This document shows positions 44,593-54,516 of a stretch of 58,160 nucleotides of DNA, one piece after another; the stretch's first letter is position 1, and each line of letters opens with the position of its first letter. The position numbers and the translations under genes were made by a program. A model generated the notes under the pieces. That model did not search any database. It saw nothing but the letters and a program-made list of their open reading frames with translations, and had not been told where the DNA came from. The DNA is taken from the IMG/VR virus record IMGVR_UViG_3300032898_000006, positions 1-58,160 of that record; one strand, given 5' to 3'. This DNA comes from a virus (taxonomy: Duplodnaviria; Caudoviricetes).

Positions 44593-47500
44593 TTATGACA
44601 TTCTAACCTTGACGCCCGCCTGCGGCAGGATCTTCGTGGCGACGGCCTTCCCGATCCTGTTCACTAGAATGTTCACGTCCGAGTCGGACATCACCGTGTT
44701 GCCGTAGACGTTGATGTTTATCACCGGCCCGCCCGTCCCTGCGCCCCCCGCGCCGCCGCCGGCGGCGCTGAGCGCGAGCCCGCCCAGGCTCCCGGACGTC
44801 CCCGTCGTCACCGACCCGGCGAGCGCGTGCGCCGCCGCGACGACCTCGCCCTTCCCGGCGGTGATCCCCTGCGCGAGCTTCCTCGCGATCGACTTCCCGG
44901 AGTTCGACGGGTCGCCCGCCCCCGACAGCGGCCCCTGCTTGGCCGGGGAGAACGGCAGGAACGACTTGATGGTCGACGCGACTGACCCGATCGCGTTGCC
45001 GATCGAGCCGATCATCGACTTGACCCCGTTGATCAGGCCCTGGATTATCTTCGCGCCGGCCGAGTACAGCAGGCTGCCCACGTCGCCGAGGGCGGACAGG
45101 ATCCGGCCGGGGATCGACTTGACGAACGACAGCATGTCGCCCGCCTCGTCGCGGACCGCGCCGGTCGCGTCGTCCCACCAGCCGCGGAACAGCGACCCGA
45201 GCTTCCCGAACCAGCCGAGTACCGAGCGTATTTCCGAGATGTCGCCGGTGATCAGGAATTTAACGTACGACCAGGCGGCGTTCACGATCTTCATGATCAG
45301 GGCGTGCGCCGCCCGGATATCGGAGGTTATGTTCGACCAGATGGCCTTGACGAAGGCCGTTATCCCGGACCAGGCGGCCTTCGCCCCGGCGACGATCGCG
45401 TCCCAGACGGCGACCGCCGCCTTCTCGATATCCGACCAGTACTTCACGATCAGGACGACCGCGGCGATCACCGCGAGGACGATCAGGCCTATCCCGAGGA
45501 GCATCGCCGCGTTCGCCGCGATCCACGCGGCCATCGTGATGGCCGCCCCGGCGACGTTGCTGGCGACGATCATCGCGACCTTCGCGATCGTCTGGGCCAC
45601 CCACACCGCCGCCCCGGCGACCTGCTGCGCCCCGGCCGCTATCCACGCCCCCGCGGTGGTAGCGGCGGCGGCCACGTTGGACGCGACGACCGACGCGACC
45701 TTGACGGCCTGCCCGGCTACCCATGACGCGGCCGAGGCGATCTGCCGCCCGGCGGCGGCGAGCCACGACGCGGACGACTCCGCGGCGGCCTCGTCGTTCG
45801 CGGCCGCCGCCTCCTCGGCGGCGCCCTCCTGGACGCCGGCGGCCTCGGTCGCGGCCTCCTCCTGCGCCGCCGCCGCGGACTCGGCCGAGGCGGCCTGCGT
45901 GCCGGCGGTCTCCTTGGAGATGATCCCGAGCGCCTTGAGAGTCGCCTGCACGGTTTTCACGGCGCCGCTGACCGCGTCGAAGGCCTTCTTCGCGATCGCG
46001 ATGACGGCGACCACGGCGGCGATCGCGGTGACGCTGGCGAAGATGACCTCGGTCAGGGTCTTGTGCTTCGCGGTCCACTCGGCGATCGGGATGATGACCT
46101 TCGTCACCGCCGACATGACGGCGGTCACCGCGGGCAGCAGGGCGGAGCCGATCGCGATGCCGGTGTTCTCGATGCCGGTCTTCGCCTGCGAGATCTTGAA
46201 GTTGAAGGTCCCCTGGATCGTCGACCAGTTGTCCACCTGGCCGCCGCTCTTCTTCGCCGCGTCGCCGATCACCTTCACGTTGTTCGCGAACGTCCCCGAC
46301 GACTTCCCCGACAGCATCAGCGCGGTGTTCAGCCCGGTGGCGCCGCCCATCATCTTCGCGAGCGCCGCGGTGTAGGTCTGCGCGGCGGGGCCGCCGGCGG
46401 TCAGCAGCGAGTTGAACCCGTGGGCCTTCCCCGCCACGGACGCGAACTGGTCGGCCATCGTCTTGGCGGTGAGCGGCAGCCCCTTGGTCGCGTTGTACCA
46501 GGTCGTGTAGCTGGTGCCGCCGTCGAGGTAGGACTTGGACACCGACTGGATCGACGGCGGCAGCTTCGCGAGCATGGTCTGCGCGTCCTGCGCCGCCGAC
46601 GTGCTCTGGTTGAACGCGTTCATCAGGACTTCGCCGGACTTGCCCATGTGGGTCGTGATGGCGGTGGTCAGCTCGCCGATCGTCCCGGTGAGCCCCTCCT
46701 TGCCGAGGTTCTTCGCGACGGTCTGGCTGTTCAGGCCGAGCTGGTTCATCTCGCCGATCGCGACCGAGTTCGGGTTCGACAGCGACCGGATGGTGTTCGC
46801 GAGGTCCTGCGTGGACTGCTGCGCGGACATCCCCTGCGACGTCATGGTCGCGATGGCGCCGCCGACCTGCGCGAAGCTCAGGCCGACCTTCGCCGCGAGC
46901 GGCGCCACCGACGACATCGACGACGCGAGGTCCTGCATCTTCATGTCGCCGGCGCCGACCGTCGCGATGATCTCGTTCATCATCGACGCGGACCGCTGGG
47001 TGGCGTTCGACGCGTTGGTCGTGGACCCGTAGTAGGCGTTCATCGTGCCGACGAGGGTCTTCGACACGGTGTCGAGGTCGGCGCCGCCGACTTTCGCGCC
47101 CTCCGCCGCTATCTTCAGCATGTCGAGGCCGGTCTGGGCGTGGAACCCGCCGGACTCGATGTGGTACATCGCGTTGGTGATGTCGCTGGCGCTGGTGGCC
47201 GTCGCGGTCGACACCTGCAGGATCCCGGCCTGCACCATGCCGAGCTTCGACGCGGACTCGCCCGCGTCGGTCACCAGGTGAGTCGTCGAGTCCTGGAAGT
47301 TGCCCGCGGCCTTGACCATGACCGCCGCGGCGACCCCGAGGCCGAGGGCGGTGATCCCGGCGACCTTCCCCATGGTGCCGAGGCTGATCCCGCCCGCGTC
47401 GGAGGCGTCCTTAACGGCGACGGTGCTGGCCGCCGCCTCGTCGTTCTTCGCCGCCGCCGCCACGGCGGTGTCGGACTGGACCTTCTGCGCGTCCGACACG

Positions 47501-47901
47501 GCCTTCGCCGCCACGGCGGCGTCCCGCTGCGCGGCGGTCAGCCGCCCGCTCGCGGCGATCAGCGCGTCAGTCGACGCCGTGTCGTCATCCGCCGCCCCGG
47601 CCGCCGCCCGCTGGGCGTCCAGCAAGGCCGTCTCCGCGTCCGCCAGGGCCTTAGCGGACTCGGCCGCCTTCGCCTGCGCGGCGTCCACCCGGGCCGTCGC
47701 CAGGTCCAGGGCGTCCGCCCCGGAGGCGGTATTCAGCAGCGACTCGTCGATCGCGTCGCCCGCGCCCCTGGCGGTCTCCGCCGCCTTCGTGGCGGACTCA
47801 CTGAACTTGCCGAGAGACTCGTCGATCTTCGCGAAGATCTCCGACGCCGCGTCCCTGGCCTCGAGGATCGCCAAAATCGTGAAGGACTCGGCGCCTGCCA
47901 C
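44593..47901 (-). CDS. tape measure protein
   Basis: 1102 aa Ala-rich helical protein; Trp-periodic repeats; FLPFSPAKQGPLSG motif. Confidence 0.93.
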   Translation of the reverse strand: MAGAESFTILAILEARDAASEIFAKIDESLGKFSESATKAAETARGAGDAIDESLLNTASGADALDLATARVDAAQAKAAESAKALADAETALLDAQRAAAGAADDDTASTDALIAASGRLTAAQRDAAVAAKAVSDAQKVQSDTAVAAAAKNDEAAASTVAVKDASDAGGISLGTMGKVAGITALGLGVAAAVMVKAAGNFQDSTTHLVTDAGESASKLGMVQAGILQVSTATATSASDITNAMYHIESGGFHAQTGLDMLKIAAEGAKVGGADLDTVSKTLVGTMNAYYGSTTNASNATQRSASMMNEIIATVGAGDMKMQDLASSMSSVAPLAAKVGLSFAQVGGAIATMTSQGMSAQQSTQDLANTIRSLSNPNSVAIGEMNQLGLNSQTVAKNLGKEGLTGTIGELTTAITTHMGKSGEVLMNAFNQSTSAAQDAQTMLAKLPPSIQSVSKSYLDGGTSYTTWYNATKGLPLTAKTMADQFASVAGKAHGFNSLLTAGGPAAQTYTAALAKMMGGATGLNTALMLSGKSSGTFANNVKVIGDAAKKSGGQVDNWSTIQGTFNFKISQAKTGIENTGIAIGSALLPAVTAVMSAVTKVIIPIAEWTAKHKTLTEVIFASVTAIAAVVAVIAIAKKAFDAVSGAVKTVQATLKALGIISKETAGTQAASAESAAAAQEEAATEAAGVQEGAAEEAAAANDEAAAESSASWLAAAGRQIASAASWVAGQAVKVASVVASNVAAAATTAGAWIAAGAQQVAGAAVWVAQTIAKVAMIVASNVAGAAITMAAWIAANAAMLLGIGLIVLAVIAAVVLIVKYWSDIEKAAVAVWDAIVAGAKAAWSGITAFVKAIWSNITSDIRAAHALIMKIVNAAWSYVKFLITGDISEIRSVLGWFGKLGSLFRGWWDDATGAVRDEAGDMLSFVKSIPGRILSALGDVGSLLYSAGAKIIQGLINGVKSMIGSIGNAIGSVASTIKSFLPFSPAKQGPLSGAGDPSNSGKSIARKLAQGITAGKGEVVAAAHALAGSVTTGTSGSLGGLALSAAGGGAGGAGTGGPVININVYGNTVMSDSDVNILVNRIGKAVATKILPQAGVKVRMS

Positions 47902-47938
47902 CTCTCACCGCCCGCCGGGGTAAGGGGGCCGGCACGGC

Positions 47939-48145
47939 TTACTTGCGCCTGTTGGCCTGCGCGGCGCGGGCGTTCTCATCGCGGCGGATCATCGCGATGC
48001 ACAGCTGGTAGTCGGCCATCTCGAGGTGCGACCGCTCAGCCGCCGTCTCCCTCGTCAAGCCGAACCGCTGCCACATCTCCTGCTCCCACAGCATCTGCTG
48101 CAGCACCGCCGGGCCCGTCGCCCCCATCCGGATCGCCGCCGACAA
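47939..48145 (-). CDS. tail assembly chaperone, T-frame
   Basis: Overlaps gpG-like ORF in the +1 frame just upstream of tape measure. Confidence 0.55.
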   Translation of the reverse strand: MSAAIRMGATGPAVLQQMLWEQEMWQRFGLTRETAAERSHLEMADYQLCIAMIRRDENARAAQANRRK

Positions 48146-48575
48146 CTCCGTCAGGAAACCGGGCCGCCTCCTGGCCCGTCCGGGGGGCGTTCAGCCGGTC
48201 GCACACGGCCCACACCTGGTCGAAGACGGGACCCTTGATCTCGGCGACGGACCGGCGGCGCTCGCACCCCGGCGGGTACGTGACCCTGCCCTTGCCGTCG
48301 GTCACCCCGGCGAGGGACAGGACGACGCCGTTCTCGTCGTCAAGGTTCCACGAGTCGAGGGAGTAGACGACCATCTCGGTCCGGGACGCGGTGTAGTCCA
48401 TCTCCGCGTACTGGCGCTGGCCGGCGACGTCGACCCGCTGCTTGCCGCCGAGCAGGTCGTCGACGTGGCCTTTCTCCGCCTGGGTGAGTGCCTTCTTGAC
48501 TTTCACCCAGTAGCCTGCGCCGAGCTCGATCGTCTCGGTGCCGTCGTAGCCGAGTGCGGCTGCGTAGCCTGGCAT
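48036..48575 (-). CDS. tail assembly chaperone (gpG-like)
   Basis: Between major tail and tape measure; SWNLDDENG.VL. Confidence 0.75.
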   Translation of the reverse strand: MPGYAAALGYDGTETIELGAGYWVKVKKALTQAEKGHVDDLLGGKQRVDVAGQRQYAEMDYTASRTEMVVYSLDSWNLDDENGVVLSLAGVTDGKGRVTYPPGCERRRSVAEIKGPVFDQVWAVCDRLNAPRTGQEAARFPDGVVGGDPDGGDGPGGAAADAVGAGDVAAVRLDEGDGG

Positions 48576-48644
48576 TCAATGTCCTTCATGTGCGGGAACG
48601 GGAAAGCCCCCGGAGGGATGTCCGGGAGCCGGGGGGTTCGGGGG

Positions 48645-49628
48645 TCAGCCGGTGTAGGCGGTCGCGACGTCGTTGACGACGACTGCCTGGATGGTGTACT
48701 CGCTGCCGCCGCTTAGCGGCCGGCTCGCCTCCCACGTCCAGCTGCTCATGATCACGTCGTCAAACTTGACATCTGCCCCGAACTTGGACATAACGACCTG
48801 CGGGCAGTTGAACGTGACCGACGCCCCGCTCCCCCCGGGGTGGGTGAACCCGAGCGACAGCGCCCCGAGGGTCTGGTCGAGCATCGTGGTGAAGTCGCCG
48901 TACGTGGCGGCGTTCAGCGACGTCCACACCACGTCGCAGGTGCCGCTGACGTGCAGCGACACGGGGGTGATGAACGACGGCCCGTGCTCGCCCGAGTACG
49001 TCCACGTCTCCTTGAGGCCGTTGTCGATGTCGAGCGTCACGTTCGTGATGTCCGCGCGCGCGCTCCCGCCGAGGGAGAACGACGCCTCGGAGAACACCCA
49101 CGGCAGCTCGTTCGTCACGCTGATCGCGGTCGGGGTGGTGAGGATCGCCACCGACTGGCCGGACATGTCCGCGCTGATCATCACCGGGTCGTTGCCGGCC
49201 GGGGCCTTCACCGAGAACTTCCCGACCCGGCAGCCCGCGAACTGCAGGCTCTGGTAGTTGCCGAGGTTCTTCTCGACCGTCAGCGACGCGAGCGTGTTGG
49301 CCTGGCTCAAAGTGTGCGTGTAGGAGGGCGAGGAGCCGGTGACCGCGTCCGTGCCGATCGCCGCGACCAGCAGCGGGATCGCGTTCGAGGGGAACAGCGG
49401 CCCCTCGATCGTCCCGACGTTCTTCGCCTCGCCCTCGAGGTTGAAAACCTGCTTGTCCCGGTCGCCCATCATCAGCGTCGGGGAGAACCAGCCCGGGTCG
49501 TACTCCATCCCGTTGCTGGTCATGGGGAGAAATGTGGTCGCGCTGACCGCTTCCCCGAAGTCGGTCTCCACCGCGAAGCCGGTGGCGGACAGCGATCCTG
49601 GGCGCTCTGTTAGGGCTGGGTAAGCCAC
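48645..49628 (-). CDS. major tail tube protein
   Basis: ETDFG, YTHT, SLTVEK, FAGCRV, LDIDNGL; RBS AAGGAGGAG. Confidence 0.85.
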   Translation of the reverse strand: MAYPALTERPGSLSATGFAVETDFGEAVSATTFLPMTSNGMEYDPGWFSPTLMMGDRDKQVFNLEGEAKNVGTIEGPLFPSNAIPLLVAAIGTDAVTGSSPSYTHTLSQANTLASLTVEKNLGNYQSLQFAGCRVGKFSVKAPAGNDPVMISADMSGQSVAILTTPTAISVTNELPWVFSEASFSLGGSARADITNVTLDIDNGLKETWTYSGEHGPSFITPVSLHVSGTCDVVWTSLNAATYGDFTTMLDQTLGALSLGFTHPGGSGASVTFNCPQVVMSKFGADVKFDDVIMSSWTWEASRPLSGGSEYTIQAVVVNDVATAYTG

Positions 49629-49694
49629 GGCGCTCCTCCTTTGCTCTGGTGCGTGCGTGGGCGGGGCGCGTGCCGGGAATGGCATGCTGGCGGC

Positions 49695-50069
49695 ATGGAC
49701 GAGACAGGCGAGATCGCGGCGTTCTACGCGGCGAGGCTCGACGAGGAAGAGGCGCGAGCATGGGCCGTCCACGACGTGGGGCAGTGCGACGCGCTCTTGT
49801 ACGCGGAAGACATGGCGGACGCGGCTCGCCGTGACCCTGACTGCAACTGCGGCCGCCCTGCCCGCACGCTGCGCGAGATCGCGGCCAAGCGGCGCATCGT
49901 CGCCGACTGCGAGCGGGCCATGAGCAGGCAGCCGGGGTTCAACGCCGGCCATGCCCGGTACGGGTCGCCGTTCCCGGCGCCACACGCCAACCTGGCGTTC
50001 CGGACGCTCATGTCGCTCGTGTCCGCCTACGACAAGCACCCGGAGTACAAGCCGGGGTGGAAGCCGTGA
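49695..50069 (+). CDS. DUF6221-like protein
   Basis: IAAFYAARLDEEE...PARTLREIAAKRRIV...YDKHPEYKPGWKP. Confidence 0.8.
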   Translation: MDETGEIAAFYAARLDEEEARAWAVHDVGQCDALLYAEDMADAARRDPDCNCGRPARTLREIAAKRRIVADCERAMSRQPGFNAGHARYGSPFPAPHANLAFRTLMSLVSAYDKHPEYKPGWKP

Positions 50070-50446
50070 GCTGGCCTGAGATCACGGGAGCAAGCGAGAT
50101 CACGGCGATTGCCGAGCTGGTCAGGCCATGGCTGCACGTCGAGGACATCAGGCGCCCGGCGCTGCGAATCGATCTGCCGTTCGGCCCGTACGAGTTCGAG
50201 TCGGTCGTCATCGCCGCAGACGAGATGCCGGCCACCGCTAGGGGGGTCCGGGCGGCGCTGCTGGCGAGGGCGGAGGACGCCCTGGCGGCGCTCGAGCCTG
50301 CCGGGTGGCATCTGTCGGAGTGCCCGCGGATGCGGTTCGACGGCAGCCTCACGCCGCTGGTCCGCACGCTCGCCGGGGAGTTGGTGAAGCCTGCGGTCCA
50401 GCGCGCGATCAGCCTGCGGGTGGACTTCGCGGTGATACGGCTGTGA
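50066..50446 (+). CDS. hypothetical protein
   Basis: GTGA-coupled. Confidence 0.5.
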   Translation: MSWPEITGASEITAIAELVRPWLHVEDIRRPALRIDLPFGPYEFESVVIAADEMPATARGVRAALLARAEDALAALEPAGWHLSECPRMRFDGSLTPLVRTLAGELVKPAVQRAISLRVDFAVIRL

Positions 50447-50613
50447 GCGGATGGTGGGAGCTCGCGCTCGCCGCCGTCCTGTTCCCCGGCGGCTGCGCGC
50501 TGTTCGCGCGGGGGCTGCTGCGGGCGTCGATCTCAGTCGCCGTGACCGGGTTGCTCATCGGGGAGGCGGCGGCCGTCCCGATGGCGTTCTGGTCCGCCGC
50601 GCACCTCGGCTAG
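50443..50613 (+). CDS. small 2-TM protein
   Basis: GTGA-coupled, hydrophobic. Confidence 0.45.
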   Translation: MSGWWELALAAVLFPGGCALFARGLLRASISVAVTGLLIGEAAAVPMAFWSAAHLG

Positions 50614-50620
50614 CGCCTCG

Positions 50621-50845
50621 CTACTCGCCTTCGGCGCCTTCGGCGCCGTCCGCGCCGCCGTCGCCCTGCGCGGCGGCGCCCTTGGGCTTCCGCTTGCCGC
50701 TGGCCGTCACGGGCTCGACGTCCGCCCTGCGGGTGTACCGGCCGGCGTCGGCCGCCGGGACCTCGAACTCCGCCCCGGGTTCTACCTCGCCGATGCCGTG
50801 GTGGGTGAACGTGGTCGGGTGGCCTCCGGTGTACCGGAGCCGCAC
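50621..50845 (-). CDS. small virion-cluster protein
   Basis: LRYTG...GEVEPG.EFEVP. Confidence 0.55.
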   Translation of the reverse strand: MRLRYTGGHPTTFTHHGIGEVEPGAEFEVPAADAGRYTRRADVEPVTASGKRKPKGAAAQGDGGADGAEGAEGE

Positions 50846-50852
50846 CCGTTCG

Positions 50853-51311
50853 TTACTCGACAATGACGGCCTCCCTCGCGGCGTCGGCGAAGCTCTGCAG
50901 GATCAGGCTCGTCAGCGGCGAGATGGCCCGCTCGGGGAAGTCGTTGGCCTTGGTCCCGGGGTGCTGGACGCTCTTCGCGTACGCGATCGGCCCGTGCCCC
51001 CGGTTCTCGAGCCAGCGCAGCGCCTTCGCGTTCCGGGCGGCGATCGGGTGAGCCCTTGTGCCCCCGATGACGTACGGCAGGTAGGGGACGGTGCCGTAGA
51101 GCACGACCCACATCATCCCCGCGGACGGCTCGAGGCGGGAGCCGATCGACTGCCGGAGGTTCCCCGCGGTCGGCCCGGCGCCGACCGGGGACTGCATCTT
51201 CATCGCCCGGGACGCGAGCGGCTCCACGTCGGCGGCCCACGCCCGGGAGGCGGCCTGCCAGTCGAACTTCAGGCTCCGGTCAGCGCCGGACACCGTCATC
51301 GTCATGCTCAT
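50853..51311 (-). CDS. HK97 gp10-like neck/tail completion protein
   Basis: SPV...GNLRQSI..Y..YV..GT.AH.I...KALRW...VQHPGTK.NDF. Confidence 0.8.
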   Translation of the reverse strand: MSMTMTVSGADRSLKFDWQAASRAWAADVEPLASRAMKMQSPVGAGPTAGNLRQSIGSRLEPSAGMMWVVLYGTVPYLPYVIGGTRAHPIAARNAKALRWLENRGHGPIAYAKSVQHPGTKANDFPERAISPLTSLILQSFADAAREAVIVE

Positions 51312-51805
51312 GCTTGCACCACCTCGTCGATGTCGACGCTTATGCGCTGGACGTACCAGAGCATCCGGGGCCCTGCCACGCTCCGCTCGGGCGGGTAGTC
51401 GCTGGCGAAGGACTCGCCGATCTTCTGGATCTGCGTGTCGTCGTCGTTGACCGCGTTAGGCCCCATCGGGACGCCGGCAGCCGAGATGAACAGCGGCATC
51501 GTCGTCGTCATAAAGCACCGGAGGATGGCGTCGGTGATCTTCGGGAACGGCTCGTTCTGCATGGCCTTGTCCGGGGTGGACATGTACGCCACGTAGACGT
51601 CCATGGCCCACGTGAACTTCATGAAACCCTGGCCGCGGGGGGCGGTCTGCCTGGCGGCCTTGAGGTGCCCGCCCCACACGTAGGCGCGGGGGGAGGAGAT
51701 CTTCTCCGTGACCGGCGGGGTGATCCACGCCGTCAGCGGCCCGGTGCCGGGCAGCGGGAGACCGTCGAGCAGGCCCTTCACGTACGCCTGGCAGCTGTCG
51801 AGCAC
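51308..51805 (-). CDS. putative tail terminator
   Basis: Synteny in head-tail module. Confidence 0.55.
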   Translation of the reverse strand: MLDSCQAYVKGLLDGLPLPGTGPLTAWITPPVTEKISSPRAYVWGGHLKAARQTAPRGQGFMKFTWAMDVYVAYMSTPDKAMQNEPFPKITDAILRCFMTTTMPLFISAAGVPMGPNAVNDDDTQIQKIGESFASDYPPERSVAGPRMLWYVQRISVDIDEVVQA

Positions 51806-52791
51806 TACATGACCCTCCGGAACGAGTCGAGCAGGCCCTTGAGCTCGGTCTCGATGTCCTTGGACGCTTCCTCCGACGACACCCGCTGCCCCGACATGTC
51901 CTGCACGGCGATCGCGTCGATGCCCGAGTCCAGCGCCTGAATGCACGCCGCGTAGACCGCCGCCTCGATGGCCGTCGCGGGAAGCGCCGAGATGAGCGTC
52001 CCCTGCTGGTGACCGAACGCGAGGGGCGCGGTGAGGGTGACCGTGCCGGGGCCGGCCTGCGCTGTCCCGGCGTTGTTCGGAAGGACCAGGGGCGAGGACG
52101 CCGAGACCGACTCGGCTGACACCGGCTCGGTCGCCGACCCGTCGTAGGCGAAACCCGACGCGTTCGCCCAGCCGGTCACGTCGTCGACGTTCAGGACGGT
52201 GTCGCCCGCCTCGGCGCCCTCGGTGAGGCTTGTGTGCGGCCAGCCGTTGATGTAGCAGACCTGGACGCGCTGGCCGCCGCGCCCGCCGCCGCCGCGCCAC
52301 GCCCCGTTCGGGGTGGGGATGCCCGCGCCGCACCCGTACCAGGAGATCCATCCCGGCGCGACGTCGATCGTCCAGCCGCCGTCAGGGGCGGTCCCGGCCG
52401 CCGAGTCGCCGGAGAACAGCAGCGGATGCCGGATATCCCACTGGCCGGCGGTGACCGGCGTCCAGACGCGCGGGAACGCCCTCGACGAGCTGACCTGGAT
52501 CGCGAGCACTTCCGTCACGGGCCAGCGCTTCATGTTCAGCACGCCGACGCCGGTGTTCGGGTCGACGTTGCACCGCGGCGCCCCCGGCCCGTTCAGGTAC
52601 TCGGTGTCCGCGGTCGCCCGCAGCGGCTGGTGGCAGTAGGTGTCGATCCGGGACGTCGCCCGCCAGATGACGTCGACAGCGGCGGCCTGCTGCTGGGCCT
52701 GGGTCGAATCAGGGTCTGGGATTAGCGTCCACGACACTCCCGTGGGCGCATTGAAAAGCAGCTGGGGCGTGAGGTAGGCCGTGCCGAGCAT
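51805..52791 (-). CDS. head-tail adaptor-like protein
   Basis: YLTP, ATSRIDTYC, Y.NGW, LP..AI, LL..FRR. Confidence 0.7.
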   Translation of the reverse strand: MLGTAYLTPQLLFNAPTGVSWTLIPDPDSTQAQQQAAAVDVIWRATSRIDTYCHQPLRATADTEYLNGPGAPRCNVDPNTGVGVLNMKRWPVTEVLAIQVSSSRAFPRVWTPVTAGQWDIRHPLLFSGDSAAGTAPDGGWTIDVAPGWISWYGCGAGIPTPNGAWRGGGGRGGQRVQVCYINGWPHTSLTEGAEAGDTVLNVDDVTGWANASGFAYDGSATEPVSAESVSASSPLVLPNNAGTAQAGPGTVTLTAPLAFGHQQGTLISALPATAIEAAVYAACIQALDSGIDAIAVQDMSGQRVSSEEASKDIETELKGLLDSFRRVM

Positions 52792-52833
52792 GGGCCGTCA
52801 CCACCCGCCCCGGCTTGCGCCATCATTGACGGC

Positions 52834-53292
52834 ATGAGCGAGAAGACGCCGCCGTGGGCTGAGGTCACGATGCCGGTGACGATCTACGAGTGCCCGCTGG
52901 CAGCCTGCCCCTGGGAGGGGACGGACCCGCCGCCGCCACCAGGCGAGGCGATCACCTCGGATGCGGACGTCTGGCGGTTCATCGGCGACCGCGCCATGGC
53001 GGCCGAGGAGGTCGTCAGGGCACACCTGGAAACGCATTCGCTGCTCGAGTGGGTTCAGGAACTTGCGCGGCTCCGCAACGGCATCAACGGCTGGTCGCGC
53101 CACCTGCTGCACGCGTCCCAGCACAACAACATGCAGATCGCGCTTGGCGGCCGGATTCAGCGTGTCGCGGACGAGATGCGCGAAGCAGTCGGCCTGCCCG
53201 CATTCGGCTGGAACGACGCGGTTCCCGACGCCGAGTTCGGCGAGTGCAGCGTTCGCGCATCCGGTTGCCGGGGGCAGGAGGCTCACCCGTGA
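52834..53292 (+). CDS. hypothetical protein (antisense moron)
   Basis: CPL..CPW...HLETH..LEW. Confidence 0.55.
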   Translation: MSEKTPPWAEVTMPVTIYECPLAACPWEGTDPPPPPGEAITSDADVWRFIGDRAMAAEEVVRAHLETHSLLEWVQELARLRNGINGWSRHLLHASQHNNMQIALGGRIQRVADEMREAVGLPAFGWNDAVPDAEFGECSVRASGCRGQEAHP

Positions 53293-53723
53293 GCGAGAAC
53301 GGGATCGCCCTCTACGACCTTGCCCCGGAGTGCTGCCCGGAGTGCGGGACGCCCCTCGGGAACAGGTGGCTGATGACGGGCGGCAGCGGGTGCAAGACGT
53401 GCGACGAGGCCGTCACCCGGCACCGCTGCCTTTCCCGGCCCCGCCTCGAGACGCTCGCCGTCGGCGAGTCGTGGCGGTGCCGGGAATGCTGGTCCGTCTG
53501 GACCGCGGCCGAGGAAGAGGACACGTGCGGTCACTGCGGGCGCAGCGGCCCGGAGAAGACCTGGGCCTACACCGCGGGCGCGCGGGTCGACGAGGCGCCG
53601 CGGTGCAAGCCGGCCGTCTTCACGCCGTTCCGTGACGTGATCCTGCAGCCCGCCGGCCCGTGCCACCGGACCCCGGGCGGGATCATGGTGCACGTCAAGC
53701 CCGACTGCCGGTGCCGCCGATGA
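53289..53723 (+). CDS. multi-CxxC protein
   Basis: Four or more CxxC pairs; VHVKP.CRC. Confidence 0.55.
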   Translation: MSENGIALYDLAPECCPECGTPLGNRWLMTGGSGCKTCDEAVTRHRCLSRPRLETLAVGESWRCRECWSVWTAAEEEDTCGHCGRSGPEKTWAYTAGARVDEAPRCKPAVFTPFRDVILQPAGPCHRTPGGIMVHVKPDCRCRR

Positions 53724-54025
53724 GCGCCTCGCCGCTCCGGGACCGGGGCGAGCGCTCGCCGATGCCCCGCTACATCCCGCTCCCGCAGCCCGAGGGCACG
53801 GTCCGCGCCGTGCTCGACTCCGCAGGCTGCGACGGGGAGCCCGCCGATTTCCGGCTGTACGACGAGTACCCGACGCTCGTTGAGCCTTACCGCGTCTTCG
53901 ACGTCCCGCGCGAGCAGTACGAGCGGTGGGAGGCGGCCCGGTCGGCGTTCCAGGCGATGGAGGACGAGATCGAGGCGCTGATCGGCGCCCGCGGCCGCGG
54001 TCCCGTCCCCCGGCCGGAGTCTTAG
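53720..54025 (+). CDS. hypothetical protein
   Basis: ATGA-coupled. Confidence 0.5.
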   Translation: MSASPLRDRGERSPMPRYIPLPQPEGTVRAVLDSAGCDGEPADFRLYDEYPTLVEPYRVFDVPREQYERWEAARSAFQAMEDEIEALIGARGRGPVPRPES

Positions 54026-54387
54026 CAGCCGACGGCGATCTGGCGGCCGATCGTCGACGTCGCCACCGTGATTTCCAGGAACCAGCCCGCGGGCAGCCTG
54101 ACCGGGATGACGACGCCGGCGACGCCGGTCGCCGAGGACACGATCGTGTTCGCCGGGGTCGACGTGGGGCCGATCGCGATGGTGACGGTGCCGCCCCCGG
54201 TCGCGATCGTGAAGTACACGAGGTAATCCCTCGTGACGTCCGAGAGCTGCGAGGCGGTGCCGGACACGAAGCCCGGCGCGGAGATCACCGGGGCCGAGGC
54301 GGCGGTGCTCGTGCCGTCCGGGAACGACACCGGGTCAGTGGGGACGCCGAGCGGGCCGTTAACGCCAGAAGCGACGACGTTGGACAT
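54022..54387 (-). CDS. small virion (decoration-like) protein
   Basis: RBS GGAGG; beta-rich, RLPAGW. Confidence 0.55.
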   Translation of the reverse strand: MSNVVASGVNGPLGVPTDPVSFPDGTSTAASAPVISAPGFVSGTASQLSDVTRDYLVYFTIATGGGTVTIAIGPTSTPANTIVSSATGVAGVVIPVRLPAGWFLEITVATSTIGRQIAVGC

Positions 54388-54516
54388 GGGGGACCTCCGG
54401 TTGACGGCCGCGCGGGCCTGCCGCGCGGGGACATGCTGGGGCGGCTGCCGGCCTGGAGGCGGGCATGGGAAAGCCCCCGGGAGCGGGCGCTCGCGGGGGC
54501 GGTGGATAGGGGGCGG

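Noticed and set aside
44711-48366. Long + strand ORFs (554 and 767 aa)
   Set aside because: Antisense shadows of the tape measure gene in high-GC DNA
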